DNA of 64,000 nucleotides from Malacoraja senta (Eukaryota), in contig CM075987.1 of the NCBI GenBank assembly GCA_038087875.1, forward strand, positions 28,398,001 to 28,462,000. Reading direction: 5' to 3'. A program made the position numbers and the translations under genes. How positions within the stretch are numbered: position 1 is the stretch's first letter; every line of letters starts with the position of its first letter. Positions 25,001-37,000 of this stretch are shown here, in pieces. The notes beneath the pieces are model-generated. The model saw only the letters and a list, made by a program, of their open reading frames with translations, was not told the origin of the DNA and did not search any database.

Positions 25001-28000
25001 TATACATACACGTATATATATATACACACACATATATACATATATATACACACATATATAGATACTCAAAAAACATATATGTGCGTGTACCTGTGTGTGC
25101 GTGTACCTGTGATTATGTGTGTATGTATATATACATATACTCAAAAAAATTGTGTGTGTACCTGTGAGTATGTGTGTATGTATATATACATATACTCAAA
25201 AAACATATATGTGTGTGTGTACCTGTGAGTATGTGTATATATACACACTGAACTTTCTCTCGTTTATCATATTGTTTGCAGTGTACTGTGTTTACATATT
25301 CTGTTGTGCTGCAGCAAGTAAGAATTTCATTGTTCTACCTGGGGCATATGACAATAAAACACTCTTGACCCTTGAACTTCCCACGGGCAATATGGGCAAT
25401 ATCACTGGTTGCTTCCTAATGTGGAGAACTTTTACACCCCCGATTCCCATTCCCTCACCCTGCTTCAAGTTGTGATGAGTTAGAAGAATGAAAGGTATCA
25501 TTAATTATTAATAATTATTAAGCTGCAAGCACTGTGGGTTGTTCTTTACATGCAGAGAAACAGAGAATTGTAGAGGAGAAAAAAGATTTGAGAAAAAGGA
25601 ATCTGAGCACACAATCATTCAATACCAGCTGACGGGAGTAAAGGGATCAAAAGGTCTAATGAAGTGTCCGTCTTCATCTCTACAGAGGGGAAGGCAGTCG
25701 GGGCAAATTAAACATAGAAGGAAGCTAGACTTCAATTGTGCAGACTTTGCGCAAAATCTGACATTTGATTCCTCAACACAAGTTACATGAACTAGCTCTT
25801 GTGTATGAATTACAGCAGATGGTCGATTGAGTCAGTTAGAATGCTAAACGGGATTGAAATGGAGCAAAACTGTGTGAATCAAGAATGGAGGGGATATACG
25901 TGATCAGGAGGATATTCAGCTTCTCAAACTCTGCCTCTCATCAGAATTGTGGCTGATCCATTCACCAACTACTCTAGCTCAGGGATGCCCTGGTGCGCTG
26001 AATGAAAAAAAAGTTCGGTCTCAATCTATGTGCAGATTGCTCTGTCACTACTGCCCTTAATGAGAATTACAGATTTCCTTTACGTGAAAAATTGTTCCCT
26101 GATTTCCCTCCTTTAGTTGGAAGTGCAGAAGTCAATCAGTGGTAGTTTTTGAAGCGTCCATCCTTTGTCCATGGTCACTGCTGTCGTGTTGCCAAGGAAC
26201 ATAGCAAAATATATTACAATCACTAATAAGTGATACCTGCAAAAAAATGTTGTGTTAGAGAAATAACACCCTTCAATCATTGGACATCATGGCCCAAATC
26301 ATCAACTAATTAGACTAATCATCTCCAGATTTTTCATAACCGGTCACTGTGGACACAATCTGAGCCTCATGGATAAAGCCACAGGAGGCTGCTTCACCAA
26401 AGTGGACATAGGCGGAGTAGTGCTTGAGTTAAAAATTGTAAGTTTGTTGAAAGTGTCAAATTAGGACAAGAAAGCAAATTACAGTAATTGATGGAAAATG
26501 GCTTTGCCTTCATAACATTTACAGCAGATTAAAATGATGTAGTTAATGCACATGTAAGCAGTGGATCATAGGGAAACATCAGTATTTTTATTTGTAACAG
26601 AAAATTAAATTAGGAAATAAACATTTCTCTTCAAGCCACTTAAATGCTTCACCTTCTTGGTATTTATCTAATTGACCTCTTATGATGGATGCAATAGTCT
26701 ATCGTTAAATCTGAGGGAACTGTAGATGATGGTTTACCAAGGAAAGCCACAAGATACTGGAGTAGCTCAGCGGATCACACAGCATCTCTGGAAAACATAT
26801 AGGTTTTGGGTCAGGACCCTTTTTCAGTTTAAACTTCAGCATGCAACAAATTATTTATGCTAGAAATAATGGCTTGACATAACCTGAAAATTAACTCTGA
26901 TGTTCTGAAACATGAACTCTGTTCTCCTCTCTCTCCCCACTGTTGCTGTCTGACCTGCTGAATCTTTCTAGAACTCTTGATCCTGTTTCAGACTTACAGC
27001 ATCTGCAGCTTTTGGATTTTATCTTATCTGCAGTTTGTTGACTTTACCTGAAGATGTAATAGCCAAGTTCATTGGGATTGTTGTCTATTGCCTGATTAAT
27101 GCAATGGAGTGCACCATTCATATTGCCTTGCAGAGCCTTATTCACTGCACCAGCCTTAGCCTCTTCAGCTCTCTGCACCAGTGTCTGCATTAACGACACA
27201 GCCTCTTGATGGGAGGGATCCATGGTCAGAGCACGACTGACATCCTGGTAACAACTAACTACCTGTTGATGAGACGGTGAGAGATAAAATGAACAAATAT
27301 AGCACATGCCCCATGCTGAGAATCACCTCAGGAATTGGTCAACCTCTCCATTCATCTATCCTGCTTCCACATGGCTTCATATCCTTGGCTAGCAAAATTA
27401 ATTAATCTCAGATTTTAAATAATTAATTGAGCTAATATCAATTGCTTTATGTGAGAGAAAGCCAGATTTCTACCAGTAACAGGCCAGAGGCTGAGTATTT
27501 GTGATTCACATCCCCAGAATCTTCCCCTGGCTGCATAGCTGATCAGGAATGTGATGGAATACCAATACTCACCCACGTTACTTCAACAAACCTGTGATTG
27601 ACCTGTTTAATGAACATGGAAAATTAACCATCTTCAAGTTTCCCCTCAACTTGTACTTTATCCTGACTTGGGAAATACGCTCCCTCTTTCAAAGTCGTTG
27701 CGTGTACATCTAGGAATGAGCTACCCAACACATGTTGCAGGCTTTTTCACTAGATGGGACTAGCAACTTCTCAATGCCAATTCGAGTTGACAATAAACAC
27801 CCAGATGTCACAAGACAAGAACAAAATCCCTATTCCATGCCATTTCATCTTCCTGCATTGCTCTCTATTTCCTTTGAATATTACAGACCTTTTAAAGTTG
27901 TTGAACTTTTATTATTGGGAGATTGATGAAAAAAATTCAAAGGATAACATTCAAAATCTAGATTAATTGGGGAATCCGACAATCCTAATATGAGTTTCGA

Positions 28001-31000
28001 TTGAAGTAACAGTAACCATCCAATTGCACAACTTATTTCTTTAAAGCAAAAATTAAATGTTATAACCATAAAACACAAAGATATGAACCATGAAGAAGTA
28101 ATGAGCTGTCTTACATTTGAAAAGTGGTCATGCAGTCTTGCTCGGAGGATGTAGAGCTCTGGATTAGAAGTCACAACCTCAAGTTGCTTGGTGACATATT
28201 GGAGGCAATCTTCAAGTCTTCCTAATGCAAGCAAGGTGGCAATGCTGGGAAACAATTTTCAACTTGCAATTAATAACATTTGCTGTGCTTGTTTTTTGCT
28301 CTACTTCAACACATGGCTAGCATTGAGCTTGTAAACTGTACTCAACGAGGTTTGTGGAGGACATTTAATCACACAGTGTATCTTGTAGATAATTGAATGG
28401 TATTGCAGATGTGAATATCAATCTGCATCTGTTGATTTATGGATTTCTCTCCTGCAAATCAGTAGATATTGAAAAGTGAAAGGTCGATGTACTTTGGCCA
28501 GCCAAGGTTATTGAGAGTGTTGGAATACCATCAACGCTACGGAACCTTATTGTGAGAATTTTCTGTCTGAAGATTGGGACATATAAGATGAGGAGGACAT
28601 TACAGAGAGAATATTGTGTATTTGAGGCCACATGTTCAATGGGAAAAACCTGCAATCTCCTCAAGGCAAGTAATTCTTGACAGTAAGCATTCAGGAAGTG
28701 TGTGTTGTCTGAACCTTGTTACAGGAAGTGTGTGGTGTAGTCTGAACCTTGTTACACTGAAAGCTCAACACTGTACCTCTGTACACATGAAAATGATAAA
28801 CTAAACTAGCCCAACCATGACAACAACAAATTGACATACATTACAGCAATGTCTTTGACTCTTAGCTGCCCTCTGAAGTAACCTAGCAAGCTACAGTGTG
28901 TGAGTAAGAGGGTCTTGGCATTAAATTCTGACCTGCCAGCACTAACCACCAGCTTTCTGCTCCTGCCAAAGGCAAGTAGCAAATCATGTTCATAACTTCA
29001 TGTCACAGGAGCAGCATGAGGCCATTCGGCCCATCAAGTCTACTCCACCATTTAATCTTGGAAACATAAAAACATAGAAAATAGGTGCAGGAGTAGGCCA
29101 TTCGGCCCTTCGAGCATTCAATATGATCATGGCTGATCATCCAACTCAGTATCCTGTACCTGCCTTCTCTCCATACCCCCTGATCCCTTCAGCCACAAGG
29201 GCCACATATAACTCCCTCTTAAATATAGCCAATGAACTGGCCTCAACTACCTTCTGTGGCAGAGAATTCCAGAGATTCACCACTCTCTGTGTGAAAAATG
29301 TTTTTCTCATCTCGGTCCTAAAAGATTTCCCCTTTATCCTTTAACTGTGACCCCTTGTCCTGGACTTCCCCAACATCGGGAACAATCTTCCTGCATCTAG
29401 CCTGTCCAACCCCTTAAGAATTTTGTAAGTTTCTATAAGATCCCCCCTCAATCTTCCAAATTCCAGCGAGTACAAGCCGAGTCTATCTAGTATTTCTTCA
29501 TATGAAAGTCCTGCCATCCCAGGAATCAGTCTGGTGAACCTTCTCTGTATTCCCTCTATGGCAAGAATGTCTTTCCTCAGATTTGGAGACCAAAACTGTA
29601 CGTAATACTCCAGGTGTGGTCTCACCAAGACCCTGTACAACTGCAGTAGAACCTCCCTGCTCCTATACTCAAATCCTTTAGCTATGAATGCTAACATACC
29701 ATTCGCTTTCTTCACTGCCTGCTGCACCTGCATGCCTACTTTCAATGACTGGTGTACCATGACACCCAGGTCTCGTTGCATCTTCCCTTTTCCCAATCGG
29801 CCACCATTCAGATAATAGTCTACTTTCCTGTTTTTGCCACCAAAGTGGATCACCTCACATTTATCAACATTATACTGCATCTGCCATGCGTTTTCCCACT
29901 CACCCAGCCTATCCAAGTCACCTTGCAGCCTCCTAGCATCCTCCTCACAGCTAACACTGCCCCCCAACTTCGTGTCATCCGCAAACTTGGAGATGTTGCA
30001 TTCAATTCCCTCGTCCAAATCATTAATCTATATTGTAAATAGCTGGGGTCCCAGCACTGAGCCTTTAAGTACCCCACTAGTCACTGCCTGCCATTCTGAA
30101 AAGGACCCGTTTACTCCTACTCTTTGCTTCCTGTCTGCCAGCCAGTTCTCTATCCACATCAATACTGAACCCCCAATACCGTGTGCTTTAAGTTTGTATA
30201 CTAATCTCCTATGTGGGACCTTGTCGAAAGCTTTCTGAAAGTCCAGATATAACACATTCACTGGTTCTCCCTTATCCACTCTACTAGTTACATCCTCGAA
30301 AAATTCTATAAGATTCGTCAGACATGATTTACTTTTTGTAAATCCATGCTGACTTTGTCCAATGATTTCACCACTTTCCAAATGTGCTGCTATCCCATCT
30401 TTAATAACTGACTCTAGCAGTTTCCCCACTACCGATGTTAGACTAACTGGTCTGTAATTCCCCGTTTTCTCTCTCCCTTCCTTTTTCAAAAAGTGGGGTT
30501 ACATTAGCTACCCTCCAATCCTCAGGAACTACTCCAGAATCTAAGGAGTTTTGAAAAATTATCACTAATGCCTCCACTATTTCTGGGCTACTTCCTTAAG
30601 TACTCTGGGATGCAGCCTATCTGGCCCTGGGGATTTATCGGCCTTAAATCCATTCAATTTACCTAACACCACTTCCCGGCTAACCTGGATTTCACTCAGT
30701 TCCTCCATCTCATTTGACCCGCGGTCCCCTGCTATTTCCGGCAGATTATTTATGTCTTCCTTAGTGAAGACAGAACCAAAGTAGTTATTCAATTGGTCTG
30801 CCATGTCCTTGTTCCCCATGACCAATTCACCTGTTTCTGACTGTAAGGGACCTACATTTGTTTTAACTAATCTTTTTCTCTTCACATATCTATAAAAACG
30901 TTTGCAGTCAGTTTTTATGTTCCCTGCCAGTTTTCTTTCATAATCTATTTTCCCTTTGCTAATTAAACCCTTTGTCCTCCTCTGCTGGACTCTGAATTTC

Positions 31001-34000
31001 TCCCAGTCCTCTGGTAGGCTGCTTTTTCTGGCTAATTTGTACGCTTCATCTTTTGTTTTGATACTATCCCTGATTTCCCTTGTTATCCACGGATGCACTA
31101 CCTTCCCTGATTTATTCTTTTGCCAAACTGGGATGAACAATTGTTGTAGTTCATCCATGCAGTCTTTAAATGCCTTCCATTGCATATCCACCGTCAACCC
31201 TTTAAGAATCAATTGCCAGTCAATCTGGGCCAATTCACGTCTCATACCCTCAAAGTTACCTTTCTTTAAGTTCAGAACCCTTGTTTCTGAATTAACAATG
31301 TCACTCTCCATCCTAATGAAGAACTCAACCATATTATGGTCACTCTTGCCCAAGGGGCCACGCACAACAAGACTGCTAACTAACCCTTCCTCATTACTCA
31401 ATACCCAGTCTAGAATAGCCTGCTCTCTCGTTGGTTCCTCTACGTTGGTTTAGAAAACTATCCCGCATACATTCCAAGAAGTCCTCTTCCTCAGCACCAC
31501 TGCCAATTTGATTCACCCAATCTATATGTAGATTGAAGTCACCCATTATAACTGTTTTACCTTTGTTGCACGCATTTCTAATTTCCTGTTTGATGCCATC
31601 CCCAACTTCACTACTACTGCTAGATGGCCTGTACACAACACCCACCAGCGTTTTCTGCCCCTTAGTGTTTCGCAGCTCTACCCATACCGATTCCACATGC
31701 TCCAAGCTAATGTCCTTCCTTTCCACTGCGTTAATCTCCTCTCTAACTAGCAACGCTACCCCACCTCCTTTTCCTTTCTGTCTATTCCTCCTGAATATTG
31801 AATATCCCTGGATGTTCAGCTTCCAGCCTTGGTCACCCTGGAGCCATGTCTCCGTGATCCCAACTATATCATAATCATTAATAGCTATCTGCACATTCAA
31901 CTCATCCACCTTATTACGAATGCTCCTTGCATTGAGACACAAAGCCTTCAGGCTTGTCTTTACAACGCTCTTACCCCTTATACAATTATGTTGAAAAGTG
32001 GCCCTTTTTGATTTTTGCCCTGGATTTGTCTGCCTGCCACTTTTACTTTTCACCTTGCTACCTATTGCTACAACCCTCATTTTACACCCCTCTGTTTCTC
32101 TGCTCACACATTTAAGAAACCCACCACCTCTTATTCTCTGTTTATTATTTTTTTCTTCTTTCCCCCCTACATGTTGGGTCTGAGTGCTTCCCTTCTCTGC
32201 CTCCTGCCTCACACACTGTCTACTAGCTTTCTCTATTTGAGTCCCTCCCCCCAACCATTCTAGTTTAAAGTCACCACAGTAGCCTTTGCAAATCTCCCCG
32301 CCAGGATATTGGTCCCCCTCGGGTTCAAGTGCAACCCGTCCTTTTTGTACAGGTCGCACCTTCCACAAAAGAGGTCCCAATGATCCAGAAACTTGAATCA
32401 CTGCCCTCTGCACCAGTCCTTCAGCCACGCATTTATCCTCCACCTCGCTCCATTCCTACTCTCACTGTCGCGTGGCACAGGCAGTAATCCCGAGATTGTT
32501 ACCTTTGCGGTCCTTCTCCTTAACTCTCCTCCTAACTCCCTAAATTCTCCTTTCAGGACCTTTTCTCTTTTTCTACCTATGTCATTGGTACCTATATGTA
32601 CCACGACATCGGGCTCCTCTCCCTCCCATTTCAGGATATCTTGGACACGTTCAGACACATCCCAGACTCTGGCACCAGGGAGGCAAACTATTGTCAAGCT
32701 GGAAATGTTACAGAGAAGATTTATGAGGATGTTGCCAGGACTCAAGTGTCTGAGCTATAGGGAGAGGTTGAGTCAGCTGGGACTCTATTCCTTGGAGCGC
32801 AGGAGGATGAGGGGTGATTTTATAGAGGTGTATAAAATCATGAGAGTAATAGATCGGGTAGACGCACAGAGTTGTGGAATCGAGGACCAGAGGACATAGA
32901 TTCAAGGTGAAGGGGAAAAGATTTAATAGGAATCTGAGCGGTGACTTTTTCATACAAAGGTGTTGGGTGTATGGAATGAGCTGCCAGATGAGATAGTTGA
33001 AGCAGGGACTATACAAATGTTTAAGAAACAGACAGATACATGGATTGGACAGGTTTGGAGGGATATGGGCCAAACACAGGCAGGTGGGACGAGTGTAGCA
33101 GGGAAATGTTGGGCCGTAGGGCCTGTTTCCACTCATTCCACTGTATGACTGTATAATGAATCACCTGCGCATGTGGTAATGTTGATTTGCAGGTCTCAGT
33201 TCTGAAGCCAGTGCAAAAATTTCCAAGGCCTCGCCATACATGTTGACTTCAAACAGGTACTGACCCTAAAGAACAAAATCCCGTCACAGCTGGTTAGTGT
33301 CCATTGTGAACCTTGTACACAAAGTGGACAGAAAATCATGCATTTACTTCAGCGTTCCATGCCAACAATGACATTACAACAAAGACTTATAAAGTTGATT
33401 GCAGCAGATTGTTTATGGGCAAAGGGACATCCAGAAAGTGAGAAGTTTTGAAAAGTGTGGTAGTGAGAATTTAAGACATACATGCTCCCGTTAGAATGAA
33501 GGGCAAGGCAGGTAAGGAACCCTGGATGATGAGAGAAAATGAAGGTCTTGTCAGGAAATAGAAGGACTCAGAGGTCGGTGGATGCTGGTTCTCTGGATAC
33601 TTTCAAGAGAGAGCTAGATGGGGCTCTTAAAGATAGCGGAGTCAGGGGATATGGGGAGAAGGCAGGATGGGGTACTGATTGGGGATGATCAGCCATGATC
33701 ACATTGAATGGCGGTGCTGGCTCGAAGGGCCAAATGGCCTACTCCTATACCTATTGTCTATTGACATGTGTCAGGTATAGGCCATTGCAATTGTGTATCC
33801 CTGGAGGACTTTGGAGGGTTGTGGGGGCAGGTGATAGATCTGGAGATAAGATTATCAAAATCCAAATGTATTTTATGTATATTAAAGGACAAAGGTAACT
33901 AGAGAGAAAATAATACCCCTCAGAAACCTAAGTGGTCATCTATGTGTGGAACCACAGGAGATGGGCAAGGCCCTTGATGAATATTTCTCCTGGTTTTACC

Positions 34001-37000
34001 ACCGAGAAAGATATGAAGAGTTATCTGGGCGGCACGGTGGTGTAGCAGCAGGGTTACTGCCTTACAGCACTTGCAGCGCCGGAGACTCGGGTTCAATCTT
34101 GACCACGGTGCTGTCTGTACGGAGCTTGTACGTTCTTCCTGTGACCGCATGGGTTTTTTCCGAGATCTTCAGTTTCCTCCCACACTCCAAAGACGTACAG
34201 GTTTGTAGGTTCATTGGCTTTGGTTTGAATACTTGGTATAAGTGCAAATTGTTCCTAGTGTTTGTAGGCTTGTCTTAATGTGGGGATTGCTGGTCGGTGC
34301 AGATTCAATGCGCCGAAGGGCCTGTTTCTGCACTATATCTCTAAACTAAACTAAAACTGAACTAGGGAACTTTGGACATTTAATGGCGATGTCTTAAGGA
34401 CATTCCATATTGCAAATGAGGAGGTGCTTAACGTTGTAAGACATGAAGGAAGATAAATCTCCTGGGCCTGATCAGATGTATCCAAGGACACCGTGGGAAA
34501 CTGGATAAGAAATTGCAGGAGCCTAGCTGAGATATATGAATCATCATTAGACAAGGGGGGGGGGGGGGGTGCTGGAAGACTGGAGGGTGACTATTGTTTG
34601 TGCTTCTATTTAAGAAGGGCTAAAAAGGAAAACCTGGGAACTGTAAGTAAGCCTAATATCTGCGGTAGGAAAGTTACTGGTGATGATTCTCAGAGAGAAG
34701 ATATACATGCATTTAGATAGACAGAGGTTGATTATGCATAGTCAGTATGGTTTTGTATGTGGGAGATTGTATCTCACAAATTCTATTATGTTTTTTGAAT
34801 AAGAAACCAAGAAAGCTGATATAGGCAGGGTTGTAGACATAGTCTATTTGGATTTCAGCAAGTGTTTTGATATGTTTTCACATGTTAGGCTAGTCTGGAT
34901 TGCAAGGGATCCTGGGAGAGATAGCCGACTGGATATGAAATTCATATCAGTGAAGAAAGCGAATGGCATGTTGGCCTTCATAACAAGGAGAGTTGAGTAT
35001 AGGAGCAAAGAGGTACTTCTACAGTTGTACAGGGCCCTAGTGAGACCACACCTGGAGTATTGTGTGCAGGTTTGGTCTCCAAATTTGAGGAAGGACATTC
35101 TTGCTATTGAGGGAGTGCAGCATAGGTTTACAAGGTTAATTCCCGGGATGGCGGGACTGTCATATGCTGAGAGAATGGAGCAGCTGGGTTTGTACACTCT
35201 GGAGTTTAGAAGGATGAGAGGGAATCTCATTGAAACATGTAAGACCATTAAGGGTTTGGACACATTAGAGGCAGAAAACATGTTCCCGATGTTGGGGGAG
35301 TCCAGAACCAGGGGCCACAATTTAAGAATAACGGGGAAGCCATTTAAGGGGGTATGTTATAGACTTACATTAGGTCTTCCTCCAGCCTCGACTTCTCCAA
35401 GGAAAACAGCCCCAACCTCTCCAACCTGTTCATATAACCGAGGTTTCTGAGCCTAGGAATCATTCTTGCATATCTTGTCCTCAGACCCATCACATCCTTT
35501 TGATCATAAGGGGCAGGAGTTGAACACAATAATTCAGTTGAAGCTGGGGCAGGACTGAATCCTAACATGTAGCACTGATTAGATTATACAGTGTGTGCAA
35601 AAAGTCCATTCAAATGAACAGATCTATGCTCGCATGATAGAATTTTCTTTCATCCTATTCCATCTAATTTTTACTCTAATTTAAACAGCAATTAAACAGA
35701 GCATACACAAAAGAAAGACAAACATACTTGGATGTACAAGGTGTGGCCTATCTGGGTCACAACTGCATCATCTGAAGGGTCCAAGTTGCTGGCCAACCTG
35801 TGGTTGAGGACAGAAGACTGGAAATCGCCAAACATCAGATATGCCTCGGCCCTTCTCAGATAAAACTCTTTCTGCAATGTAAGGCAATTAAAACACGATT
35901 TTCTTCAACCAATCGGTATTTTGCCAGACTTACAATGAACATTATATGTATTTAGTTTAGTTTAGTTTACGGATACAGCATGGAAACAGGCCCTTCGGCC
36001 CACTGAGTCTGCGTTGACCAGTGATCCCTGCACACTAGCACTATCCTACACACACTAGGGACAATTTACAATTTTACAATTTTACAAACCTGCACGTCTT
36101 CGGTGTGTGGGAGGAAACCGAAGCAGCTGGCGAAAACCCACGCAGTCACATTAATAACGTATAAACTCCCTACAGACAGCATCCGTAATCAGGATGGAAC
36201 CCGGGTCTCTGGCACTAAGGCAGCAACTCCACTGCTGTGCCACTCCATGTATGTCAAATCAAAATAAGGAAAATACAGACAAATATATCTGTACTGCAGT
36301 TATTCATGCAAGTCCATAACTCCCTGAAAGTAGCAACACAAATAGAGTGGTAAAGAAGGCATATGATATGGCGAAGGCATATGATTTGGCGAAGGCATAT
36401 GATATGCTTGCTTTCATTGTTCGGGGCATTGAGTATAACAATTAGGAAGTCATGATGCAGCTTTACAAGACTTTGGTTAGGACACATTTGGAGTATTGCG
36501 TGCAGTTCTGGTCATCCCTTTACAGGAAGGATGTGAAGGCTTTGGAAAGGAGGTTTACCAGAATGATGACTGGGCTAGGGACTATTAGCTACAGGGAGAG
36601 GTTGGAAAGAGCTGGATTGTTTTCTCTGTAATTCTGGAGTTTGAGGGGAGATCTGATAGTCAAGTCAAGTCATATTTATTTATATAGCACATTTAAAAAA
36701 CAACTCTCGTTGGCTAAAGTGCTTTACATTTGTTATAAGAATAGCACAAACAAAACAAACTACATACATATATACATGTAGTCCTCACTCAAAGTACGTC
36801 AGGAAAGGCTTGGGAGTATAGATAAGTCTTTAGTCTTGACTTAAAAGAGTCGATGGAGGGGGCAGTTCTGATGGGAAGGGGGATGCTGTTCCACAGTCTA
36901 GGGGCTGCAACCGCAAAGGCGCGGTCGCCCCTGAGCTTATGCCTAGACCGTGGGATATTCAGCAACCCCAAGTCGGCCGATCTGAGGGGCCTGGAGGTGG

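Noticed and set aside
34027..34110. tRNA gene
   Set aside because: It is the tRNA-derived head of a SINE with core and LINE-like tail.
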